The notes beneath the pieces were generated by a model, which did no database searches, was not told the DNA's origin, and saw only the letters and a program-made list of their open reading frames with translations. A program made the position numbers and the translations under genes. From a virus: a stretch of 64,000 nt of DNA. The DNA lies in UHGV virus genome UHGV-0176771; one strand, written 5' to 3'. The number at the start of each line of letters is the position of its first letter. Within the stretch, counting starts at the first letter, position 1. This document shows positions 1 through 8,387 of this stretch, piece after piece.

Positions 1-166
1 AAATGTGTAATTACGACTATTTAAATGATTTATATGATCATTGTGATGAATGTAGAATTTATGGTGATGATTATTACGTAGATGAAAATGGAGAATGGAT
101 TGATGCATGTGAAAATTGCTCTATGAATCCATCGAATTTTGATGATTAAAAAGTGAGGCATAGAAA

Positions 167-496
167 GTGGACAAGAAAAAAGTTAGAGAAGCGATAGGAA
201 GGCTTCAAGTTGGGATTAATGCGAAAAGAGAAAATATAAAACTCAACAAAAAATTTTATCCAAAACAAGACAATATTCAATTAGAAGAAGATATTACTGT
301 TTATGAAACTGCAATCGAAGCACTGAAAAAGCAGTTGCCGAAGAAAGTGAAGATGCGAACAGAATACAGAGACTTAAACGATGAATTGATATGTTACAAA
401 GGGTTTTGCCCTAGTTGCGGAAACGTTGTTGACTCTTACAGAAATAAAAGTTGCAATCATTGCACACAGATGCTTGATTGGTCGGAAGCGCATTAA
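167..496 (+). CDS. hypothetical zinc-ribbon protein
   Basis: 109-aa ORF with a GTG start and a C-terminal CxxC...CxxC motif (CPSCGN...CNHC). Confidence 0.45.
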   Translation: MDKKKVREAIGRLQVGINAKRENIKLNKKFYPKQDNIQLEEDITVYETAIEALKKQLPKKVKMRTEYRDLNDELICYKGFCPSCGNVVDSYRNKSCNHCTQMLDWSEAH

Positions 497-593
497 AACG
501 TGTTAGGAAGCGTTAGAACGTGTTAAAAGTGCGTTAGAGTCGAGTCAAAACAAATTGAGTTGGGTTTCCTGAGAACTCTCTTTAGAACTTGTA

Positions 594-794
594 TTGACTC
601 AGGAAAGGAATGGAATGTGCTGGAAGTATAAAAACAATCATGGAACAGTTTATATTTATTGCGATATTTTGAACGGAAAAAGGCATTCATCAAGTTATTT
701 AACAGTGTTTAATGATTTAATAGATGGCTACGAAAGTAATTATAATTACTGCCCTTATTGTGGAAAGAAACTTGAAAACAAGGAGAGAATATAA
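594..794 (+). CDS. hypothetical small Cys-containing protein
   Basis: 66-aa ORF with CPYCGKKL near the C-terminus; the true start may be the internal ATG at 615. Confidence 0.35.
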   Translation: MTQERNGMCWKYKNNHGTVYIYCDILNGKRHSSSYLTVFNDLIDGYESNYNYCPYCGKKLENKERI

Positions 795-986
795 ATGGAA
801 GAACTAAAGAAATGCCCGTTTTGTGGCGGAGAAGCAAGCCTTATTAAAACAATTTGTTTGAATAATAATTACGAAGGATATTTTGTGCAACATGATTGTA
901 AGATGACAATAGCACCTATTGAGACAAGTAATTTTACCACCGAGAAAATGGCAATCAGAGCATGGAATAGGAGAGTGGAAGAATGA
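795..986 (+). CDS. Lar-family restriction-alleviation-like zinc-finger protein
   Basis: 63 aa starting MEELKKCPFCGG..., the N-terminal CPFCGG motif characteristic of Lar/PF14354 proteins. A paralogue lies at 2474-2683. Confidence 0.5.
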   Translation: MEELKKCPFCGGEASLIKTICLNNNYEGYFVQHDCKMTIAPIETSNFTTEKMAIRAWNRRVEE

Positions 987-1031
987 AAGAACAAACATTT
1001 GAAAGCATCCTGTACATGATTAAAAGATCAT

Positions 1032-1343
1032 GTGACAAGAATTTTACACAAGGAACTGAAACCAGAAATTGTAAGGTGCGCCACAAACATTTACATAGAG
1101 CAGATGCGACAGAACGGAGGAAAGGAAGATGAGCAGAAGGCACTTGGAAATATGGGAGAATACGGTGGAAGAATGACAAATTCAGAAAAAATAAGGAATA
1201 TGACAGATGAAGAACTCGCGACGGTGCTCATATGTCCAGCGGGATTCGATTTGAATTATAATATTAATTATGAGTGTAAAGGTGAAGAAGAATCTGATTG
1301 TTTGGAATGTATAAAACAGTGGTTACAGTCAGAGGAGGTTTAA
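1032..1343 (+). CDS. hypothetical protein
   Basis: 103-aa ORF that fits the + strand gene array. Confidence 0.4.
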   Translation: MTRILHKELKPEIVRCATNIYIEQMRQNGGKEDEQKALGNMGEYGGRMTNSEKIRNMTDEELATVLICPAGFDLNYNINYECKGEEESDCLECIKQWLQSEEV

Positions 1344-1345
1344 TT

Positions 1346-1888
1346 ATGAACAGACAAATCCTTTTTAAAGCAAAGAGAACAGATTGGGAAGAGCTTCCAA
1401 AAGATCAGTGGTGGGTGGAAGGTGATTTGTTGCACACGAGGTATGATGATATAGTTCTGATAAGCAATTTCGAAGACCAATTATTTAGATGTGACGGTAA
1501 TACAGTCTGCCAGTTCACAGGATTACATGACAATACAAAATGGGGAGATCTTACCGAAGCAGAAAAAGAATCATTTCTTTCCGATTGGAATTATAGAGAA
1601 GACAGAAAAAATAAAATTGAAGATTGGAGTGGTCGGAAGATTTGGGAGAATGATATTCTTAGATATAGCTATGACTATGATGGAAGTCCGTTTTTAAAAG
1701 ATGGCGAAGAGATAAAATATCGTGTAGGTGCTGTGTTTTGGAGCGAATGGAGGGGATCATGGGCAGTATGTGGACGAGGAAATAAAAAATATACTAATAA
1801 CGATGTTTTTAAATATAATCGGAATCCAAATAGAGCGGAAGTTATCGGAAACATTTCCGATAATCCAGAGCTGTTGGAGGTGGAATGA
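1346..1888 (+). CDS. YopX-family protein
   Basis: ATG preceded by AGAGGAGG. The N-terminus MNRQILFKAKRTDWEE...WWVEGDLLH matches the YopX signature (M.EIKFRAW...W..G.L). The ORF-track start at 1298 lacks an RBS. Confidence 0.5.
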   Translation: MNRQILFKAKRTDWEELPKDQWWVEGDLLHTRYDDIVLISNFEDQLFRCDGNTVCQFTGLHDNTKWGDLTEAEKESFLSDWNYREDRKNKIEDWSGRKIWENDILRYSYDYDGSPFLKDGEEIKYRVGAVFWSEWRGSWAVCGRGNKKYTNNDVFKYNRNPNRAEVIGNISDNPELLEVE

Positions 1889-1890
1889 TG
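1873..1890 (+). repeat. conserved gene-junction motif TTGGAGGTGGAATGATGG (copy 1 of 3)
   Basis: Shared 18-mer spanning the ...LEVE C-terminus, RBS, stop and start; see copies 2 and 3. Confidence 0.5.
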
Positions 1891-2100
1891 GATCTAAAAA
1901 TGGAATATTTAGGAATGGACACTATGACTTACAATTGTCTTCTTCGTGCAGGCGCAAGATCAATATTAGATGTATGTGATATTTTAAATGGCAAGAGAGC
2001 AATGCAGAGAAAAATTCCAGAATACGTTTTGAGAAAAGCGAAGGAATATGTTGAGACACAAGAAAGTATTTTGGGAGTCCGGTTGTTGGGAGAAGAGTAA
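1885..2100 (+). CDS. RNA polymerase alpha-subunit C-terminal-domain-like DNA-binding protein
   Basis: 71 aa; LGMDTMTYNCLLRAGARSILDV matches the RpoA CTD helix-hairpin-helix motif L.LS.R..NCL..AGI.TV.DL. Confidence 0.4.
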   Translation: MMDLKMEYLGMDTMTYNCLLRAGARSILDVCDILNGKRAMQRKIPEYVLRKAKEYVETQESILGVRLLGEE

Positions 2101-2285
2101 TGAAGTATAACAGGCTGAAGTATAACAGACAAAAGTTTTGCGATTGTAGCGACAAAGAAAAGTTGCGAATTGTAAAGGAAGAATTAGCACTTGAAACACA
2201 CGACAGAACTACGAAAGATGATTTATTGATGCTGCTTGATTGGACGTATAACAGATTAATAAAAGGTGATTTGGAGGTGGAGTGA
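2100..2285 (+). CDS. hypothetical protein
   Basis: 61-aa ORF ending ...LEVE, overlapping the recurrent TTGGAGGTGGAGTGATGA junction. Confidence 0.35.
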   Translation: MKYNRLKYNRQKFCDCSDKEKLRIVKEELALETHDRTTKDDLLMLLDWTYNRLIKGDLEVE

Positions 2286-2288
2286 TGA
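2271..2288 (+). repeat. conserved gene-junction motif TTGGAGGTGGAGTGATGA (copy 2 of 3)
   Basis: Identical 18-mer to 2733-2750. Confidence 0.5.
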
Positions 2289-2467
2289 ACGTATTAGAGA
2301 AAATCGTGGAAGAAATCGAATCCATGAAAAATGACGCCTACGAAACGCTGAAAGAAGAAAGGAAAAGACATGGATCAAGCAAAACAGCAGAAGAGCTGGA
2401 AAGTTATATCTATAGGTTGACCAGTGCAGAAGATATTGTGGAGAAGTATGCAGATAAGGAGGAATAA
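2282..2467 (+). CDS. hypothetical protein (N-terminus paralogous to 2932-3399)
   Basis: 61 aa; the N-terminus MNVLEKIVEEIE is nearly identical to the N-terminus of the DUF551 gene at 2932. Confidence 0.35.
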   Translation: MMNVLEKIVEEIESMKNDAYETLKEERKRHGSSKTAEELESYIYRLTSAEDIVEKYADKEE

Positions 2468-2473
2468 CATAAC

Positions 2474-2683
2474 ATGGAAGAATTGAAGAAATGTCCATTT
2501 TGTGGTTCCAACAGAGGGTATTACCAGATTGAAAGAGTACATAGGGCGTTGCTGTTTGATTTTGACGGCGAACCGATCGGAGGAACAGAAGATGTTACAG
2601 ATTATGCAGGACGTAGGAAACAGTGTATCGATTGTGGCAAGATACTCCCGAGGAAACTGTTTGAGGAAGTGATGGAAAAGTAA
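2474..2683 (+). CDS. Lar-family restriction-alleviation-like zinc-finger protein (second copy)
   Basis: 69 aa starting MEELKKCPFCGSNRGYYQ... with a second CIDCGK pair. Paralogue of 795-986. Confidence 0.5.
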   Translation: MEELKKCPFCGSNRGYYQIERVHRALLFDFDGEPIGGTEDVTDYAGRRKQCIDCGKILPRKLFEEVMEK

Positions 2684-2732
2684 ATTATTATTCCAAATTT
2701 CAGAAGAGCATTTGGAAAAATATTTTGAACTG

Positions 2733-2750
2733 TTGGAGGTGGAGTGATGA
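2733..2750 (+). repeat. conserved gene-junction motif TTGGAGGTGGAGTGATGA (copy 3 of 3)
   Basis: Identical 18-mer to 2271-2288. Confidence 0.5.
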
Positions 2751-2923
2751 AAATTCCAGATTGTGATTTTGTAGAGTCTACAGAATATGGGAATTATTGT
2801 TGTTTGGAACACTGTTCTTGTACCGAGGAAGAATGCGAAGTTCTTAGATATGGACTCGGGAAAGCGGATTTAGAAATAGCAGCCGAAGAGATGATGTTAT
2901 TGAAATCGAGCATGAATAGGTAG
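2747..2923 (+). CDS. hypothetical Cys-rich small protein
   Basis: 58-aa ORF, not in the supplied track because it is under 60 aa. ATG is preceded by GGAGGTGGAGTG; Cys-rich (CDFVE...CCLEHCSCTEEEC). Confidence 0.3.
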   Translation: MKIPDCDFVESTEYGNYCCLEHCSCTEEECEVLRYGLGKADLEIAAEEMMLLKSSMNR

Positions 2924-2931
2924 GTGAAATT

Positions 2932-3399
2932 ATGAACGTATTAGAGAAGATTTTGGAAGAGATTGAAGAACGTGTGAACATGGTTGAAAACATTCCAGTA
3001 GATGAAGATGATGGTTTTCTGGATGGCGAGGAGTGTTATGAAGCCGGAAGAATACAAGGTCGATATGAAGAGCTAGTATGGTGCAGAAATATAATTCGTT
3101 CTCACATGGATGAAGTTCAAAATTGCGGAGATTGTAGCCGAAGAAAATGGTATCAGAAAGGATATGAAGACAGTAAGAAAGATAATGGGTGGATTCCTTA
3201 TACAGAACAAAATATGCCTAAGAAAGAAGGTATATATCTTGTAACGTGTGACGATAAAGAATATCCGGTAAAGAGAATGAGATTTAAAAAAGAGGATGAA
3301 TATGGTCTCTGGTATGACGATTATGGGATTTATGACGGGGTAATATTTGCATGGCAGCCACTTCCAAAACCGTACAAAATGAAGAATGAAGGAGAATAA
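2932..3399 (+). CDS. DUF551-domain protein
   Basis: 155 aa; the C-terminal GWIPYTEQNMPKKEGIYLVT... resembles the DUF551 core (W....LP.....VL) common in phage early regions. Confidence 0.45.
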   Translation: MNVLEKILEEIEERVNMVENIPVDEDDGFLDGEECYEAGRIQGRYEELVWCRNIIRSHMDEVQNCGDCSRRKWYQKGYEDSKKDNGWIPYTEQNMPKKEGIYLVTCDDKEYPVKRMRFKKEDEYGLWYDDYGIYDGVIFAWQPLPKPYKMKNEGE

Positions 3400-3402
3400 A
3401 TA

Positions 3403-3585
3403 ATGTCTGAAAATGCGAAAGAGCAAATAGAAATTGTTCTTGAATTATTGAGAAAATCATTGATAGATAATGGTGTTTCTATGGGGATATCAGAAAAGAA
3501 AATAATGTTTTTTGATACGGAAGAATATTTATCAACAGGAAAGTTTGATGGATTTTCTGTAAATATTGATAGCTTAGTTAAATAA
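3403..3585 (+). CDS. hypothetical protein
   Basis: 60-aa ORF in the + strand array. Confidence 0.3.
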   Translation: MSENAKEQIEIVLELLRKSLIDNGVSMGISEKKIMFFDTEEYLSTGKFDGFSVNIDSLVK

Positions 3586-3625
3586 TGAAAGCAGAATTTC
3601 AAAAGGAGAAAGAGAGAGCTAATAT

Positions 3626-3907
3626 ATGAAGAAAAACAATGTAAAAACAGCCACCATCAGATGTGATGATAATGCAGAAGCAGTTGTGTTTTCTAAATAT
3701 ATAACGGAAAATTCAACTGATTTTGAAATCTCTTTTGAGGATTCATATTGCGGTGGAGATTTTAAAGGAATTATTGGAAGATTTAAAAGAGCATGGATGG
3801 CGTTCTGGAATAAGCCGGTATGTTATACAGGTATATATTGTGAAAGTGGGCGTGATAGAGTAAGAAACTTTCTGAAAGAATGCTTGGAATTGGTAGAAGG
3901 AGAATAG
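3626..3907 (+). CDS. hypothetical protein
   Basis: 93-aa ORF; RBS AAGGAGAAAGAGAG upstream. Confidence 0.4.
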   Translation: MKKNNVKTATIRCDDNAEAVVFSKYITENSTDFEISFEDSYCGGDFKGIIGRFKRAWMAFWNKPVCYTGIYCESGRDRVRNFLKECLELVEGE

Positions 3908-3912
3908 GGAAT

Positions 3913-4452
3913 ATGAAGGTTTTAGTTGTAGTAGATATGCAAAACGATTTTGTGAGTGGAAATTTGGGAACAAAAGAAGCAGTTGCAATTGTTCCGGATG
4001 TAAAGAAAAAAATTGAAGAATATTACAATAACGGTGATGTAGTTTTCTTCACAAAAGACACACATTTGGATGGTTATTTAGATACTCAGGAAGGTAAAAA
4101 ATTGCCTGTAGAGCATTGTGTTATTGGAACAAACGGATGGGAAATTGTAGACGAATTAAAATCTTACGCAAAACACGTAATTAATAAAAATAGATTTGGA
4201 AGTAATTACCTTGCAGAATGTATCCATGGCGGTTTTGCTAGTAATGATTATGATAGCGTTGAACTTGTTGGTGTATGTACTGATATTTGTGTAGTGTCGA
4301 ATGCTCTATTAATTAAAGCATGGGTGCCAGAAATGGAAATTACAGTCGATGCGTCGTGCTGCGCTGGTGTCACTCCTGAAAAGCATAGAGCTGCGTTAGA
4401 AGTGATGAAATCTTGTCAAATTAATGTGATTGGAGAGAAAACTTATGATTAA
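3913..4452 (+). CDS. isochorismatase-family hydrolase, nicotinamidase (PncA)-like
   Basis: MKVLVVVDMQNDF... is the isochorismatase/nicotinamidase N-terminal motif; a catalytic Cys lies in the VGVCTDICV context; His residues sit where PncA has its metal site. First gene of the NAD operon. Confidence 0.6.
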   Translation: MKVLVVVDMQNDFVSGNLGTKEAVAIVPDVKKKIEEYYNNGDVVFFTKDTHLDGYLDTQEGKKLPVEHCVIGTNGWEIVDELKSYAKHVINKNRFGSNYLAECIHGGFASNDYDSVELVGVCTDICVVSNALLIKAWVPEMEITVDASCCAGVTPEKHRAALEVMKSCQINVIGEKTYD

Positions 4453-5260
4453 AATTAACGGAGAGGTGTTAAATACAAAGAAGTTTCCAGACGGAACACT
4501 TTTGATTAAAGAGGATGTTCCTTATAATTTTGAAAATTATAGAGAGGCAACTATTACATGGTTGTTTGAAAATAATGAAGAATTAGTGACGCTAATTTAT
4601 ATTGTAAAGCATCTTAATTCTCATGGTATTGCAAGTCTGTATCTGAATATGCCATATATCCCAAACAGTCGTCAAGACCGTGTTAAAACAACTGAAGACG
4701 TATTTACATTAAAGTATTTTGCGGAAGTTATTAATTGGTTGGATTTTGATTCTGTAACAGTATTAGATCCACATTCATCTGTAAGCGAAGCTCTTATTGA
4801 TAGAGTTTTAATTAAATATCCAGACAAATATGTGTGGAAAGCGATTGAAAGTGAATACATTGGTGGCACAAATAATCTTACAATGTTCTATCCGGACGAA
4901 GGAGCTATGAAACGTTATTCTACAATGTTTGATCTTCCTTATGCTTTTGGTATTAAAAAGCGCGATTGGGAAACAGGGGAGATTAAAGGACTAGATGTTT
5001 CAGGCATGACAAATCTGATTAAAGGAAGAAAAATTTTAATTGTAGATGATATTTCAAGTCGTGGCGGAACATTTTATCATTCAGCTATTAAGTTAAAGGA
5101 ACTGGGAGCAAAGGAGATTTATCTATATGTATCTCATTGTGAAAATACAATCCTCGAAGGAGAAGTATTGAGTAGTGGATTGATTGACAGAGTGTTCACG
5201 ACAAATAGTATTTTTACAAAAGAACATGAGAAAGTAGAGGTATTTGAATATGACGAATAA
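4445..5260 (+). CDS. ribose-phosphate pyrophosphokinase (Prs)-like enzyme, candidate ADPR-PP synthetase (Adps-like)
   Basis: 272 aa; PRPP-binding loop ILIVDDISSRGGTF; two-domain PRTase-like layout; translationally coupled to the NAMPT-like gene, the arrangement reported for phage NARP1. Confidence 0.6.
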   Translation: MIKINGEVLNTKKFPDGTLLIKEDVPYNFENYREATITWLFENNEELVTLIYIVKHLNSHGIASLYLNMPYIPNSRQDRVKTTEDVFTLKYFAEVINWLDFDSVTVLDPHSSVSEALIDRVLIKYPDKYVWKAIESEYIGGTNNLTMFYPDEGAMKRYSTMFDLPYAFGIKKRDWETGEIKGLDVSGMTNLIKGRKILIVDDISSRGGTFYHSAIKLKELGAKEIYLYVSHCENTILEGEVLSSGLIDRVFTTNSIFTKEHEKVEVFEYDE

Positions 5261-6734
5261 GACAAATCCAATGTTATTAATTGACTTTTATAAAGCGGTT
5301 CATGCAGAAATGCTACCTGAAAATATTACAAAATCAGTTTCCTATTTTACTCCTAGAATGAGTCGTGTAAAACGATGGGATAAAGTAGTAATGTTTGGAT
5401 TACAGGGGTTTATTAAAACGTATCTGATTGATTATTTCAATGAAGAATTTTTTGACAAACCTTTTGAAGAAATTATTTATGAATATAAAAGAATTATGGA
5501 TGCATCACTTGGTAAGGATGCGTATAAAATTGACAAGATTGAAAGTCTACATAAATTGGGATATTTGCCAATTGAGATTGTTGCATTGCCAGAAGGTACA
5601 ATTGTTCCAATGCATGTGCCTATGTTTGGTATTACAAATACACATAAAGATTTTGCATGGCTGCCTCAGAGTTTAGAAAGTCTTATCTCGGCAGAAATGT
5701 GGCATCCAATGTTAGCAGCAACAGTAGGAATGACCTATCGTGGCATCGTTAATCACTATTATGGTCTAACTTGTGATGACTATATTCCAAGATCAAAAGC
5801 TCTTGGTGCCTTTGACTTCCGGGGAGAAGAGTGTTTGGAATCAGCGGTAAAAGCAGGCGCTGGGTGGTGTTTATCATTTTTGAATACAGCAACCGTTCCA
5901 ACTATTCCTTATCTTGAAAAGAATTATTTTTGTGATTGTACAAAAGAACCTGTTGCATATGGAAGTCCTAGTACAGAACATTCTGTAATGTGCAGTAATT
6001 ATGCAGTAGATGGAGACGAGATTACATTATTAAGAAGATTACTTACTGAAATCTATCCAAACACAAGTTTTTCAGCAGTTCTTGACTCTTATGATTATTG
6101 GAATATCATCGATAATATTCTTCCTCAATTAAAAACAGAAATCATGAATCATAACGGATGCATGTTGATGCGTGGAGATTCTGGAGATTGTGTAGAAGTT
6201 GTAACAAAAACTGTATTTAAATTATGGGAAGAATTTGGCGGGACAGTTAATAGCAAGGGGTATAAAGTGTTAGATCCACATGTAAAAGCAATTTACGGTG
6301 ACTCAATTACAGTACAGAGATGTGAAAAAATTTACAGAATTCTTATGGAAAATGGATTTGCGTGTTCAAATGTAGCACTAGGAGTTGGATCGTTTTCATT
6401 TCAGTGCATCGAAGAAGATGGAGTATTAAAACCATTTACAAGGGACACTTTTAGTTCTTGTATTAAAGCAACATATTGTGAGATTGATGGAAAAGCTACT
6501 CCAATTTTTAAAAATCCTAAGGACGGTGGTTTTAAGAAATCACAGAAAGGATGCTGCAGAGTATATACACGATGTGATGGAAGTATTTATTACGAGGATG
6601 GGCTTACATGGAAACAGGCTATTGATTATGAAAAACGTGGAAATATGTTAATTCCAGTCTTTAAAGATGGAGAATTATTAAAAGAACAATCGTTAAAAGA
6701 AATTAGAGATAGACTACATGGAGGAGAATTTTAA
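5244..6734 (+). CDS. NAMPT-family nicotinamide phosphoribosyltransferase-like enzyme (NadV/Namat-like)
   Basis: 496 aa. Blocks align to NAMPT: GYLPIEIVALPEG (human GHLPIEIKAVPEG), FDFRGEE (HDFGYRG), AVLDSYD (VVSDSYD), RGDSGD (RPDSGN), NSKGYKVLDPHVKAIYGDSI ([20 protein letters not shown]). Confidence 0.8.
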   Translation: MNMTNKTNPMLLIDFYKAVHAEMLPENITKSVSYFTPRMSRVKRWDKVVMFGLQGFIKTYLIDYFNEEFFDKPFEEIIYEYKRIMDASLGKDAYKIDKIESLHKLGYLPIEIVALPEGTIVPMHVPMFGITNTHKDFAWLPQSLESLISAEMWHPMLAATVGMTYRGIVNHYYGLTCDDYIPRSKALGAFDFRGEECLESAVKAGAGWCLSFLNTATVPTIPYLEKNYFCDCTKEPVAYGSPSTEHSVMCSNYAVDGDEITLLRRLLTEIYPNTSFSAVLDSYDYWNIIDNILPQLKTEIMNHNGCMLMRGDSGDCVEVVTKTVFKLWEEFGGTVNSKGYKVLDPHVKAIYGDSITVQRCEKIYRILMENGFACSNVALGVGSFSFQCIEEDGVLKPFTRDTFSSCIKATYCEIDGKATPIFKNPKDGGFKKSQKGCCRVYTRCDGSIYYEDGLTWKQAIDYEKRGNMLIPVFKDGELLKEQSLKEIRDRLHGGEF

Positions 6735-7486
6735 TGTTTAATGCAAATGAAATTAAAACTGAAATTATTGAATGGATCCAGAACTTCTTTAAAGAGAACG
6801 GGAGTGGTTGTAAAGCAGTTGTTGGTATTTCAGGAGGGAAGGATTCGACGATTGTTGCTGCACTCTGCGTTGAAGCTCTAGGAAAAGAAAGAGTGCTTGG
6901 AGTCCTAATGCCAAACGGTAAACAAAAAGATATTGATGTTGCAAAGAAGGTGGTTGATCATCTTGGAATTGAAAATATCGAGGTGAATATTTTCAATGCA
7001 GTAAGAGATATTAAACATGAAGTGAAGTCTGAATTGGACGATCACTGGAGCAGACAGTCTTCTATCAATCTGCCGGCGCGAATTAGAATGGCTACATTAT
7101 ATGCTGTGTCTCAGACTGTAAATGGAAGAGTTGCGAATACATGTAATTTATCTGAAGATTGGATTGGATATAGTACAAGGTGGGGAGATAGTGTTGGTGA
7201 TTTCAGTCCATTGTCTAATCTGACTGTTACGGAAGTTAAGGAAGTCGGATATGCACTTGGACTTCCGAAAGAGTTCATTGAGAAAATTCCATCAGATGGT
7301 CTTTGTGATAAAACAGATGAAGATAATTTAGGATTTACATATGAAGTTCTCGATAAATATATCAGAACAGGCGTAATTGATGACAAACAATTAAAGAAAA
7401 AAATTGACCAGATGCACGAAAAGAATTTGTTTAAATTGCAAATGATGCCGTCATTTAGTTTTAAACACGAGAGTGATAAAAGTTGA
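6734..7486 (+). CDS. nadE: NH3-dependent NAD+ synthetase
   Basis: 250 aa; PP-loop VVGISGGKDSTIVAAL; NLPARIRM and the downstream SPL/GLP blocks align with B. subtilis NadE. Confidence 0.8.
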   Translation: MFNANEIKTEIIEWIQNFFKENGSGCKAVVGISGGKDSTIVAALCVEALGKERVLGVLMPNGKQKDIDVAKKVVDHLGIENIEVNIFNAVRDIKHEVKSELDDHWSRQSSINLPARIRMATLYAVSQTVNGRVANTCNLSEDWIGYSTRWGDSVGDFSPLSNLTVTEVKEVGYALGLPKEFIEKIPSDGLCDKTDEDNLGFTYEVLDKYIRTGVIDDKQLKKKIDQMHEKNLFKLQMMPSFSFKHESDKS

Positions 7487-7517
7487 TAACAAAAATAAAA
7501 TAATGGAGAGATTAAAT

Positions 7518-8000
7518 ATGAGAACAGTATATATTGCAGACGATGGAAAACAGTTTGAAGATGAGTATGAATGCGAACATCATGAATTTGAGTTGAAACA
7601 TCCACATCTTCAAACAATTGAAGCGTACAATAAAGACGGAGAAAAAATGACAGATCTCTTGGATGAAGATACATATAATAATTGTGAAAAAATTATTCTT
7701 CATTCAGAAGAAGAGTTATCTGATTTACAATATGCCGCAGACTATTTAGGATTTTATTCATACAATGACATTACCGAAATCGGGGAATGGATTTTTGATT
7801 ATGAAACAGAGAATTTTAGTAAAAACAAAAAGTCTACTTTTGTACAGGAGTTATCTGACAAATATGTGGAGATATTAAATGAATGTAGATCAATAAATTA
7901 TCATGAATATGCGGATAATACACTATTAAAATTGTTATCTGATTTAGGATATGCAGATGTTGTTAAAGAATATAAACATATTCCAAAAGTATATTTTTAG
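7518..8000 (+). CDS. hypothetical protein
   Basis: Start moved to the ATG at 7518 with GGAGAG upstream. The track ORF begins at 7473. Confidence 0.4.
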   Translation: MRTVYIADDGKQFEDEYECEHHEFELKHPHLQTIEAYNKDGEKMTDLLDEDTYNNCEKIILHSEEELSDLQYAADYLGFYSYNDITEIGEWIFDYETENFSKNKKSTFVQELSDKYVEILNECRSINYHEYADNTLLKLLSDLGYADVVKEYKHIPKVYF

Positions 8001-8035
8001 TATGAATCTGTGATTTCAATCGAAGGGGAATTAAA

Positions 8036-8377
8036 ATGAACGAGATTATTTTAAGAAAAAGGGAACCAAACATAATCAATGTAGAGTATTGCTGTGAGAT
8101 TACAGAATATTTAAATGAAAATGTTAGATATAATTTTAGGGATGTACATCCATATTCGTTCTGTTATATATATGATTCAAGAAATTTTTGTAATAACACA
8201 GTTGTAATACGTATGCCAGGATCAACAATTGGATGTATTAGATTTAATGATGAAAATGTAATTACAGAATGTTGTATTTATGATGATGTAATGTCTAAGA
8301 GTAGATGTTTTTCCGAAGATATAAATGAGCGGCTGAAGCGATTTGTTGGAAGTGTATTAAAATTTCCGGAAGAATAG
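8036..8377 (+). CDS. hypothetical Cys-rich protein
   Basis: 113-aa ORF; RBS GGGGAATTAAA upstream. Confidence 0.4.
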   Translation: MNEIILRKREPNIINVEYCCEITEYLNENVRYNFRDVHPYSFCYIYDSRNFCNNTVVIRMPGSTIGCIRFNDENVITECCIYDDVMSKSRCFSEDINERLKRFVGSVLKFPEE

Positions 8378-8387
8378 AGGTGATAGA

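Noticed and set aside
3913-4452. Calling the isochorismatase-family protein definitively nicotinamidase PncA
   Set aside because: The family also contains unrelated hydrolases. The catalytic Cys and N-terminal motif are present, but the metal-site His pattern is only partially matched, so substrate assignment is left open.
7111-7674. 187-aa minus-strand ORF, and the many other minus-strand ORFs in the track (e.g. 2375-2812, 3073-3426, 36640-37050, 38428-38931, 42690-43055, 59377-59724)
   Set aside because: All lie entirely inside well-supported + strand genes (NadE, DnaE, TnsB and others). They have no RBS, their low-complexity translations come from antisense AT-rich codons, and the whole region is a unidirectional + strand array.
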